Assembly: GCA_016194745.1 (NCBI GenBank)
Contig: JACQBA010000013.1
Span: 256,822 to 320,821, forward strand
DNA: 64,000 nt
Source of the DNA: Elusimicrobiota bacterium
GTDB lineage: Bacteria; Elusimicrobiota; Elusimicrobia; UBA1565; JACRDR01
Direction of reading: 5' to 3'
Every line of letters starts with the position of its first letter. The stretch's first letter is position 1. Below are positions 17,677 through 25,608 of the stretch, piece after piece. The notes under the pieces were generated by a model. The model was not told where the DNA came from, searched no databases, and saw only the letters and a list, made by a program, of their open reading frames with translations. The translations under genes were made by a program, and so were the position numbers.

Positions 17677-19029
17677 ATGGGCTTTTCCGTCTTCAACTTC
17701 GACCCCCGCATCTCCGCCGGCATCCGCGCGCTGGGATACACGTCACCCACGCCCATCCAGGCTCAGTCAATCGCTCCGATACTCCAAGGCCGCGACGTCA
17801 TGGGGCTCGCGCAGACCGGCACCGGCAAGACCGCGGCGTTCGCGCTGCCCATCCTCCAGCGTCTGCTCTCGGGCCCCCGCGGCGTCACGCGCGCGCTGGT
17901 CCTCGCGCCGACGCGCGAGCTGGCCGACCAGATCCAGGACGCCTTCCGCGACCTGGGCCGGCAGACGGGACTGCGCAGCGCGACGGTCTACGGCGGCGTC
18001 GGCGCCGGCCCTCAGATCAGCTCGCTGCGAAACGGCGTCGAGATCATCGTGGCCTGTCCCGGACGCCTGCTCGACCATCTGCAGCAGGGAGCCTTCAAGC
18101 CGTCGCGCCTCGAGGTCCTCGTTCTCGACGAGGCCGACCGGATGTTCGACATGGGATTTTTGCCCGATATCCGCAGGATCCTCAAGCATCTTCCCGCGCA
18201 CCGGCAGACCTTGCTGTTCTCGGCCACGATGCCGGACGACATCCGCAAGCTCGCGCACGAGGTCCTGCGCCAGCCGATCACCGTTCAGGCCGGCCACACC
18301 GTGCCGCTGGCAACGGTGACCCACGCCCTCTACCCCGTCGTCGAGCACCTCAAGTCCGCGCTGCTGACGAAGCTGCTGGAGCAGACCGGCGGGACGTCCG
18401 TGCTGATCTTCACCCGCACCAAGCACCGGGCCAAGCGGCTCGCGCAGCGCCTCAACGAGCAGAACCGGGACGTCACCTGCCTGCAGGGAAATCTCTCGCA
18501 GAGCCAGCGCAAGGCCGCGCTTGAGGGCTTCCGGGAAGGCCGCTTCAACATCCTCGTCGCCACCGACATCGCCTCGCGCGGCATCGACATCTCCCAGATC
18601 ACGCATGTGATCAACTTCGACATCCCCGACACGACCGAGGCCTATACGCACCGCATCGGACGCACGGGCCGCGCGGCGAAGACCGGCGACGCCTTCACCT
18701 TGGTCACCCAGCAGGACGAGGCGATGGTGCGCGACATCGAGCGAGCCATGGGCGTCCGGCTCGAGCGCCGCAAGATCGAGGGCTTCGATTATTCCGCCAA
18801 GCAGCCCGCCGGGACGCCGCAGGGCGGACAGCGAGGGCGACAGCCCGGACACGGACATGGGCACGGGCACCACCATCCCAAGAAGACCGCCCACGCGCCG
18901 CAGCCTTCGCGCCCGGCCCACTCGTCCCATGCGGCAGGCGGCCCGGGTCATTCCACGCCGGCGGCCAAGCCGGCGAGCGGCTTTCACGGGCGATTCGGCC
19001 GGCTGCGGTCCCGCAGGCGCCGCCGCTAG
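17677..19029 (+). CDS. DEAD-box ATP-dependent RNA helicase (RhlE-like) with a His-rich basic C-terminal tail
   Basis: Q motif, AQTGTGKT, DEAD (VLDEADRM) and SAT. C-terminal GHGHGHHHPKK... tail. Confidence 0.9.
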   Translation: MGFSVFNFDPRISAGIRALGYTSPTPIQAQSIAPILQGRDVMGLAQTGTGKTAAFALPILQRLLSGPRGVTRALVLAPTRELADQIQDAFRDLGRQTGLRSATVYGGVGAGPQISSLRNGVEIIVACPGRLLDHLQQGAFKPSRLEVLVLDEADRMFDMGFLPDIRRILKHLPAHRQTLLFSATMPDDIRKLAHEVLRQPITVQAGHTVPLATVTHALYPVVEHLKSALLTKLLEQTGGTSVLIFTRTKHRAKRLAQRLNEQNRDVTCLQGNLSQSQRKAALEGFREGRFNILVATDIASRGIDISQITHVINFDIPDTTEAYTHRIGRTGRAAKTGDAFTLVTQQDEAMVRDIERAMGVRLERRKIEGFDYSAKQPAGTPQGGQRGRQPGHGHGHGHHHPKKTAHAPQPSRPAHSSHAAGGPGHSTPAAKPASGFHGRFGRLRSRRRRR

Positions 19030-19038
19030 ACCGTCGGG

Positions 19039-19950
19039 ATGCATCCGCGCAACCGGCACTCCGGCCGGTACGACTTCGAAGCGCTCGCGAGGAGCGTCCC
19101 GGAGCTCGCTCGGTTCGTCAGGCCGAACCCGTCCAACGAGAGCACGATCGATTTCGCCGATCCCGCGGCCGTCAAGACGCTCAATTGGGCGCTCCTGAAG
19201 ACGTACTACGGCGTGGACCATTGGGATCTTCCACCCGGCTACCTTTGCCCGCCGGTTCCGGGGCGCGCGGATCACGTCCACTACGCGGCGGACCTGCTGG
19301 GCGAAATCAACGACGGGACGGTGCCGCGCGGGAAGAGCGTGCGCGTGCTGGACGTCGGCGTCGGCGCCAATTGCATCTACCCCATCATCGGCCGGGCCGA
19401 GTACGGCTGGCGCTTCGTGGGTTCCGAAATCGACGCGGTCGCGGCGGCCTGCGCGAAGACGATCGTGGGCGCGAACGCCTCGCTCTCGAACTCGGTCGAG
19501 GTGCGGCCGCAGCGCCCGCCCCGCATCTTGGAGGGGCTACTCGAGCCCGACGAACGGTTCGACCTGACTCTTTGCAATCCCCCGTTCAACGCGTCCGTCG
19601 ACGATGCCGACGCCGGCGCCAAGCGCAAATGGAGCAATCTCGGCCGCGCGGAGACCGGTAAGAACTTCGGCGGCCAAGGAACGGAGCTGTCGACGCCGGG
19701 CGGCGAAGCGGCGTTCGCGTCGCGCATGATCGCCGAAAGCGCGGCCCTCGGCGCCCAGGTCCTGTGGTTCTCGACCTTGATCTCGAAGTCGGCCAACTTG
19801 CCGGGCGTCCAAAACGCGCTTGGCCGGGCGAGGCCCGCCGACACGCGGACGATCGCGCTGTCTCAAGGCCAGAAGAAGAGCCGGATCGTCGCGTGGACCT
19901 TCCTCGACAAGAAGCGGCGGGACGAATGGCGCCGGCGGTGGACCCGTTAG
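19039..19950 (+). CDS. rlmF: 23S rRNA (adenine1618-N6)-methyltransferase RlmF
   Basis: The NPPF (CNPPFNAS) methyltransferase motif and overall RlmF/YbiN-like sequence. Confidence 0.8.
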   Translation: MHPRNRHSGRYDFEALARSVPELARFVRPNPSNESTIDFADPAAVKTLNWALLKTYYGVDHWDLPPGYLCPPVPGRADHVHYAADLLGEINDGTVPRGKSVRVLDVGVGANCIYPIIGRAEYGWRFVGSEIDAVAAACAKTIVGANASLSNSVEVRPQRPPRILEGLLEPDERFDLTLCNPPFNASVDDADAGAKRKWSNLGRAETGKNFGGQGTELSTPGGEAAFASRMIAESAALGAQVLWFSTLISKSANLPGVQNALGRARPADTRTIALSQGQKKSRIVAWTFLDKKRRDEWRRRWTR

Positions 19951-20789
19951 GGCGCCGTGAAGTTCATGATTCCCGGGGTATCGATCCACGTCGAGCCCGC
20001 GGGACCGGGGATCAGCACGGCCCCCGTCGTCGTGTGGCGGCCCATTCCGCTCCTCGCGTTGACCGCGCCGACGCGGCCGGCGGTGTCGTCGCGCAGAAGC
20101 CGCCGCAGGAGCGAGGTCTTGCCGACGCCCGAATTCCCGCAGAACGCCACGGTCTTGCCGCGCACCAGCGCCTCCAGGGCCTGGACGCCGTCGCCGATCC
20201 GCGCGCTGCATTCGAGCACGGTGACGCCGGTGGACGCGTACGAATTCCACGGCCGCGCCGCGCCCGGCGCCAAGAGGTCCGCCTTGTTGACGCAGAGTGC
20301 GACGGGGATGCTCTGGGCGCGCGCCGCTCCCATGAACCGGTCGACGATGCCCGGCGAGAACTCCGGATCGCGCGCCGCGGCGACGACCACCAGCAGCTCG
20401 ATGTTCGCGACGATGACGTGCAGGATCGGGTTGCGCGCGTTCGGGGCGGTGCGCACGAGGCTGTTTCGCCGCTCGCACCGGTGGACTACGACGCCCGCCT
20501 CTACCTTGACGCGGTCGCCAACGCAGACCGGGGACCGCTCGCGTCCCGGCCCTCGCGACGCGAGCGTCGCCATCCGATAGCCGCACAAGACCGCGTCGGC
20601 CTGCCCGTCGAGACGCACCGCGCTTTGGTTGGGGAACAGTTCTACGACCGTCGCGTTGCCTTCGTCCGGCCCGAGGACGATCGCCCGGCCCTCGAGCGGC
20701 TTCTTGGCCTCGCGCTTGGGCCGCGGAGCGCGTTGGACGTCGTCATCGTCGTCGGCGCTGCCGGAGTCGAATCGATCTTGAGGTCTCAT
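19947..20789 (-). CDS. rsgA: Ribosome small-subunit-dependent GTPase A (RsgA/YjeQ), C-terminally short
   Basis: N-terminal OB-fold region, then circularly permuted GTPase motifs NKADL (G4), GNSGVGKTSL (G1), DTPG (G3). The protein ends 10 aa after G3 with no Zn-finger. Start at MRPQDRFD. Confidence 0.75.
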   Translation of the reverse strand: MRPQDRFDSGSADDDDDVQRAPRPKREAKKPLEGRAIVLGPDEGNATVVELFPNQSAVRLDGQADAVLCGYRMATLASRGPGRERSPVCVGDRVKVEAGVVVHRCERRNSLVRTAPNARNPILHVIVANIELLVVVAAARDPEFSPGIVDRFMGAARAQSIPVALCVNKADLLAPGAARPWNSYASTGVTVLECSARIGDGVQALEALVRGKTVAFCGNSGVGKTSLLRRLLRDDTAGRVGAVNARSGMGRHTTTGAVLIPGPAGSTWIDTPGIMNFTAP

Positions 20790-20872
20790 GGGAGATTTCG
20801 CGACTACTCCACCATGATACCATCTCCGGACCGGAGACAGGTTTTCAATCTTACTCGACGAGCGCCGCGCGA

Positions 20873-21301
20873 CTAGGGCCAGTTCGCGCCTTCGTCGATC
20901 CAGCGGGTGAGGACGCCGACGTCCTTGGCCGACAGAGGCTTCCACGTCTCCCCTTTCTTGGGCATCGGCATGGCGTCGATCTCCTTCTCGTCGTCCTTGC
21001 CGCCCGTTCCCTCCGGGCGCGGGACGGGGCCGGCGAGCAGCTTGACGAGCAGGCTGCCCTTGCCGTTGCCCGGGACGATCGCGGCGCCGCTGCGGCCTCC
21101 GCTCATCGCGCCCGTCTTGTCGTCGAGGCGGAGCTTCGCCGCGGCCTTCTTCTTCGGCTTCTTCGGATTGAGGCCGTGGCATTGGATGCAGTTGGCCTTG
21201 AAGATCGGTTCGACATCCTTCTTGAAGTCGACCTTCTTGTCCTGCGCGGACGCGAGAGTGCCCGTCAACGCGACGCACAGCGCCGCCGTCACGATCTTCA
21301 T
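20873..21301 (-). CDS. Planctomycete-type cytochrome c (PSCyt1-like), exported
   Basis: Signal peptide MKIVTAALCVALTGTLASA. Heme-binding CIQCH. Downstream G...SGAAIVPG...S motifs as in the PSCyt1 domain. Confidence 0.65.
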   Translation of the reverse strand: MKIVTAALCVALTGTLASAQDKKVDFKKDVEPIFKANCIQCHGLNPKKPKKKAAAKLRLDDKTGAMSGGRSGAAIVPGNGKGSLLVKLLAGPVPRPEGTGGKDDEKEIDAMPMPKKGETWKPLSAKDVGVLTRWIDEGANWP

Positions 21302-21314
21302 TGAGGCCTCCATA

Positions 21315-21854
21315 TCAGGGGTGAACTCGGCGAAAGCCGGCGCTCGGCACCGACTTCCAGACTTTCTGCGGCTTCTCCGTCAGTGAGCTCATGTTCTTCA
21401 AGAACAGCGCGATCTTCCACAGCTCCGTCTCGGACAGCGCCTCGCGGAAGGCCGGCATGCCCGTCATGCGGATGCCGTGCTGGATCGTCCAGAAAATCTC
21501 GCCGTCCTCCCAATCCTCGACCCCGTATTTTGCGAATTGAGGCGCCTTCTGGTAAAGCCCCTGGGCGATGTGGGACGCCGTCCCGTCGGACGCACCGTGG
21601 CAGACGGCGCAGTCGACGGCGTAGAGTTGGATCCCTTCGACGAGGTTCTCGTCCGTTTCCGCCACCGGGTTCGGCCCCTTGGGCGCGCCGCGCCAGATCG
21701 CGGACTTGAGCGCCTTGCGCGCGATCCACTTCTCCCAGCGCGGCGGCTTGGCGTCGGCGTGGGCGGGGAGCCGGCCGCTCGCCGCCGCGAAATAGCCGGC
21801 GGCCGCGAGCGCCGCGAGCGTGCCGAGGACCCCGATCAATATGCCTTTCGTCAT
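21315..21854 (-). CDS. Monoheme c-type cytochrome, membrane-anchored/exported
   Basis: N-terminal TM/signal MTKGILIGVLGTLAALAAAGYF. Single CAVCH heme-binding motif. Met ligand region HGIRMTGMP. Confidence 0.7.
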   Translation of the reverse strand: MTKGILIGVLGTLAALAAAGYFAAASGRLPAHADAKPPRWEKWIARKALKSAIWRGAPKGPNPVAETDENLVEGIQLYAVDCAVCHGASDGTASHIAQGLYQKAPQFAKYGVEDWEDGEIFWTIQHGIRMTGMPAFREALSETELWKIALFLKNMSSLTEKPQKVWKSVPSAGFRRVHP

Positions 21855-21897
21855 GATCCGTCCATATTTTACTTTAGAATGACGCCGCCGCGCCGCT

Positions 21898-22599
21898 CTA
21901 GAGGTCCGCGGCGCCGAGGAGCGGGGACTTCGCGTGCGCCGGCTCCGCGGCGGCGATGCGCAGCGCGATCGCGGCGCACGCCACCGAAAGGAGGATCCAC
22001 GCGACGCCCCAGACCTTGGCGGGGACATGCGTCAGATCGGCGAGATAGCTCGCGTCCGACTTAATGGAGCGCGTGATGACGTCCGACCAGATGTCCCACA
22101 CCGCGTACAGGCAGGAGGTGAGGCCAACGACTTTGAGCAGCAGATCGTTCATCCATTCCTCGAGCCATCGGCCGCACGCGAGCAACGCGGCCGACGCGGT
22201 CAAGCCGAACAAGAATCCGAAGCGGGTGCGCACGTACCAGAGCGTCACGATCCCCAGGACGGCGCCGAGCGCGAAGGTGATCTGCCGGTCGTAGCGCGTG
22301 CGCGCCGCCGCGACGAGGAGGACCGAGCCCCAGAGCATGCTGCCCAAGTATCCCGCCGAGTAGATGAGAAACAGCGAGCCGCCGTGGCACCAGGCGAGCC
22401 CGCCTTCCTGCGCGACGAGCTCGATGTGGTCGAGGGAACCGCCGGTCAGGATGGCCGCGGCCCCGTGGCTGATCTCGTGGAAAAACACGACGAGGATCCG
22501 GAGCGGCCAGACGAACTTGCTGTTCCAAAAGAAACCGACGACGAGGACGATCGCCAAGAGCTGCGCGAGCATCCTGCCATTCGCCTTCTCGTCCGTCAT
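21898..22599 (-). CDS. M50B-like integral-membrane zinc metallopeptidase
   Basis: HEISH (HExxH) in the first TM region. Multiple predicted TM helices. Similar to the Peptidase_M50B family. Confidence 0.6.
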   Translation of the reverse strand: MTDEKANGRMLAQLLAIVLVVGFFWNSKFVWPLRILVVFFHEISHGAAAILTGGSLDHIELVAQEGGLAWCHGGSLFLIYSAGYLGSMLWGSVLLVAAARTRYDRQITFALGAVLGIVTLWYVRTRFGFLFGLTASAALLACGRWLEEWMNDLLLKVVGLTSCLYAVWDIWSDVITRSIKSDASYLADLTHVPAKVWGVAWILLSVACAAIALRIAAAEPAHAKSPLLGAADL

Positions 22600-22703
22600 C
22601 GTGGTCTCATGAATCAGCGCGGCTTAGGACGATAGCGTACCCCCGCATCCGGCGCGGGGCAAGGGGGTCTTGATTAACCCGCGCCGTCTGCTACCCTTAC
22701 GGC

Positions 22704-23600
22704 ATGTCGACGTTTCGGCCGGCGCTCGCGCTCTCTTGCGCGGCACTCCACGTCTTCGCGCTTCACCTGAGCGCCAAGACGCCGACGCTCGAGGCGCCGT
22801 CGATGAGCGCGTCCGCGCGCGCCGCGTTCGAGCAGCAATGGCGGGACAAGGGCGACGAACGGCGCGTCGCGGCCAAATGGCTCGAGGGCGGGACACTGCT
22901 GGTCGTGGCGGAGCCCGACGTCGATCCGGCCGTCGCGGCCAAGATAGTCGAGGGCGTGCGCGCGCAGCTCGCGGAGCTCGGCGCCCGCCGCTTCGGCGTG
23001 GAGACCGTCCCGCCGCCCACGGTGCTCGAGCCCTTCCCGTGCGTCCAGGGCGGAATCATCAGCAAGGCATGCTTCGAGAAGCGAGTGCGGTCGTATCGGA
23101 ATTCCGATGCGCGCTTTGCCCGCTCGGTCGTCTACTACCTGACGAACGCCGCGATCGACCGGCTGCCCCGCGACTTGGGCGGCGGACATTCGGAGGGCCC
23201 GCCGGCCGGCACCGCCTCCTACTCCGACGGCTGGATGCTTCAGAGCTTCTATTACCGCGCGGCGCATCAAAAGACGGACCCCACGCTCGCCCGCTACGGC
23301 GGCATGGAGTTCTCGATCCACAGCCTCGAGCACACGGCGCGCCACGAGCTGGGGCATCTCCTCGGCCTCCCGCACCACGAGGCGCTCGGCAACCCGGGGT
23401 TTCCGGAGGCGCTGCCGTGCAATAAGTGCACCCATCGAGGATCCGGCGCGCACCGGATCGCGCACGCGGAGTGCCTTATGACGTGCGGCTCCGGCGACGA
23501 CGAGTGGTTCCATCGCGAGACCTTCGGCAAGGGCTTCGGCCTGTGCGAGAAGTGCCGCACGGCCGCCGTCGCCTATCTCCGCGGACTCGAGGGCCGCTGA
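22704..23600 (+). CDS. Secreted metzincin-like zinc peptidase with a C-terminal Cys cluster (archaemetzincin-like)
   Basis: HELGHLLGLPHH (HExxHxxGxxH), followed by CNKC ... CLMTC ... CEKC. Signal-peptide-like N-terminus. Confidence 0.65.
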   Translation: MSTFRPALALSCAALHVFALHLSAKTPTLEAPSMSASARAAFEQQWRDKGDERRVAAKWLEGGTLLVVAEPDVDPAVAAKIVEGVRAQLAELGARRFGVETVPPPTVLEPFPCVQGGIISKACFEKRVRSYRNSDARFARSVVYYLTNAAIDRLPRDLGGGHSEGPPAGTASYSDGWMLQSFYYRAAHQKTDPTLARYGGMEFSIHSLEHTARHELGHLLGLPHHEALGNPGFPEALPCNKCTHRGSGAHRIAHAECLMTCGSGDDEWFHRETFGKGFGLCEKCRTAAVAYLRGLEGR

Positions 23601-23604
23601 CGCC

Positions 23605-24057
23605 ATGACGAGCACGGCCGGCAACATCGAGAACGTCGCGAGGCTGATCCAACTCGCCGTCGCCCCTATCTTCCTCCTCACCGCCGTCGCGACGACGCTC
23701 ATGGTGCTGGCGGGACGTCTCGCCCGCATCGTGGACCGCGGCCGCGTGCTCGAGCGAATCGCTCCCGTGGAGCGCTCGCCCCACAAGGACGAGCTCCTCC
23801 AGCTCGAACGGCGCGCCCACATCATCTACCGCGCGTTGACGCTCGGGGTGACCGCGGCCATCCTCGTCTGCCTTCTCATGACCGCCGCGTTCGTATCCGA
23901 GCTGGCCGGCTTTCACGCAGGACCCGCGGTCGCGGTGCTCTTCATCGGCGCCCTCTTCGCCTACACCGGGTCGCTCGTCTGCCTCTTGCGCGAGGTGTTC
24001 TTCGCGGTCGGGAGCTTCCAGCTCGGGATTCACCCCGGACCAAACGCCGCCTCCTAG
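23605..24057 (+). CDS. DUF2721 family membrane protein
   Basis: 150 aa, two hydrophobic segments separated by a conserved charged helix (RIVDRGRVLERIAP), as in DUF2721. Confidence 0.6.
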   Translation: MTSTAGNIENVARLIQLAVAPIFLLTAVATTLMVLAGRLARIVDRGRVLERIAPVERSPHKDELLQLERRAHIIYRALTLGVTAAILVCLLMTAAFVSELAGFHAGPAVAVLFIGALFAYTGSLVCLLREVFFAVGSFQLGIHPGPNAAS

Positions 24058-24109
24058 CGATCCGTAGGACCCGGGATCATCGGCCGGGGGCCCGTGATAG
24101 AATCGGGCC

Positions 24110-24886
24110 ATGATGCGCCGATCCTTCGCCTCGCTGTTGGCCGCGGCGACGCTCCTCGGGGGCGGCCCCGCGCGCGCCGAGCTCGAGAACGCCGTCTACG
24201 GAGGCCGCGCGCCGGGCGCGACGGGATATCGCAGGTCGACCGTGGCGATCATGCTCTCCCCGGGCGACTATCAGCCGATGATCCCTTGCACGGGCGTCCT
24301 CATCGCCCCGAACCTCGTGCTCACCGCGGCGCACAATTTCGACGGCGCCCATCAGCCGGTCTCCGTCGAGTTCTTCGACGACGAGGGCCGATCGAGGGCG
24401 ATGCGGCAGGTCACGGGCAAGCGGCTTCACGCGGAATACAAGGACGACGCCTACACGAACGACATCGCCGTCGTGTCCTTCGCGGGCTCCCTGCCTACCG
24501 GCTACGCGGCCGCGGACTGGTCCAAGAACCCGGCCGAGCCCGCGGTCGGCGACTCGATCACCCTCGCGGGCGCGGGCCTCACCCAAAATAAGAGCTACGA
24601 GGGTTTGAGGATCGGCACCATGAAGGTCGACGGCACCTTCCCCAGCCATCGATTGTTCTCGGGCGCGCCGGACGAAACGAAGGCGAGCGGCTGCTCCGGG
24701 GACTCCGGCGGTCCCGCTTATAAAGGAACGGCCGAAGCGCCGGTCATCGTGGGCCTCGTCGCGGCCGGCCAATACAAGGATTGCTCCAACTTCGGCTGGG
24801 TGGGATTCACCGCGGTCGCTCCCTACAAGGAGTGGATCGAGACGGCGATCGCGGAACTGGGCGCTCGACCGGCGCCCCCTCGATGA
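24110..24886 (+). CDS. Trypsin-like serine protease (S1 family), secreted
   Basis: Signal peptide. Catalytic triad contexts TAAHN (His), NDIAV (Asp), GDSGGP (Ser). Confidence 0.85.
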   Translation: MMRRSFASLLAAATLLGGGPARAELENAVYGGRAPGATGYRRSTVAIMLSPGDYQPMIPCTGVLIAPNLVLTAAHNFDGAHQPVSVEFFDDEGRSRAMRQVTGKRLHAEYKDDAYTNDIAVVSFAGSLPTGYAAADWSKNPAEPAVGDSITLAGAGLTQNKSYEGLRIGTMKVDGTFPSHRLFSGAPDETKASGCSGDSGGPAYKGTAEAPVIVGLVAAGQYKDCSNFGWVGFTAVAPYKEWIETAIAELGARPAPPR

Positions 24887-25512
24887 CGGCCGCGGCGCGC
24901 CTCCTGCTCGCGGCGGTCCTGGTTTCGGCACCGAACGCCGCGCTCGCCGAGGATGGGATACGCAGCATCGAGGACGGGCTGCCCCCTCGCGCGGTCGAGC
25001 GCCTGCGCGCGCGCATCGATGAGCGCTTGCGCTGGATCCACGCCCTGATGAAAACGCTCCGCCTGGACTACGAGATGCCGAGCGTCCGCCCCGAGATGCA
25101 CCTCGTCTCGCGCGCATGGGTGCTGGCGCACGAGCGGGAGGTGTGCTTCTCCTCGGCCTCCGCCGAGGAGATCCGCGCCTGCTCGAGCCGCGTCTTCGGC
25201 TGGATCGACGACGATCGAAGAATCTACGTGGTGCGCGGCGAGGACGTCCCGTCGACCGAAGGGCTCCCCCCGATGCGGGATTTCCCGGTCGAGTTGTGGG
25301 TCGAGATGACGTGGACGCACGAGCTCGTCCATTTCATCCAGCTCGAGCGCTCCGAATGGAAGCCGACCACGCTGCCGTGCGACACCCTGTACAAATGGGA
25401 GCACGAGGCGTTCCTCATCGCGGCGCAATGGCTTCACAGCCTCCAGAACGCCGACGCCGAGCGCATCAACGCGGTCTTTCGCGGGCAGCTTCCTCGTGCA
25501 CGCTGTTCGTAA
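24883..25512 (+). CDS. Secreted HExxHxxQ (DUF4157-like) putative zinc metallopeptidase
   Basis: Signal peptide MTAAARLLLAAVLVSAPNAALA. WTHELVHFIQLE matches the HExxHxxQ signature of DUF4157. Start overlaps the stop of the S1 protease (ATGA at 24883-24886). Confidence 0.55.
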   Translation: MTAAARLLLAAVLVSAPNAALAEDGIRSIEDGLPPRAVERLRARIDERLRWIHALMKTLRLDYEMPSVRPEMHLVSRAWVLAHEREVCFSSASAEEIRACSSRVFGWIDDDRRIYVVRGEDVPSTEGLPPMRDFPVELWVEMTWTHELVHFIQLERSEWKPTTLPCDTLYKWEHEAFLIAAQWLHSLQNADAERINAVFRGQLPRARCS

Positions 25513-25608
25513 CCCCGCCGTGATCCCGCCGGGCCCGAATTGAACCGCGCCCTTCGGCCCACGGCCCCGTGGGACCTTCGCCTCATACGGATTTCTCCGT
25601 CCTGAGGT

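Noticed and set aside
21934-22635. 233-aa + strand ORF and 155-aa minus ORF overlapping the M50-like gene
   Set aside because: They lie antisense or alternative-frame to a gene with a clear HEISH motif and TM profile. The composition is Arg/Asp-rich.
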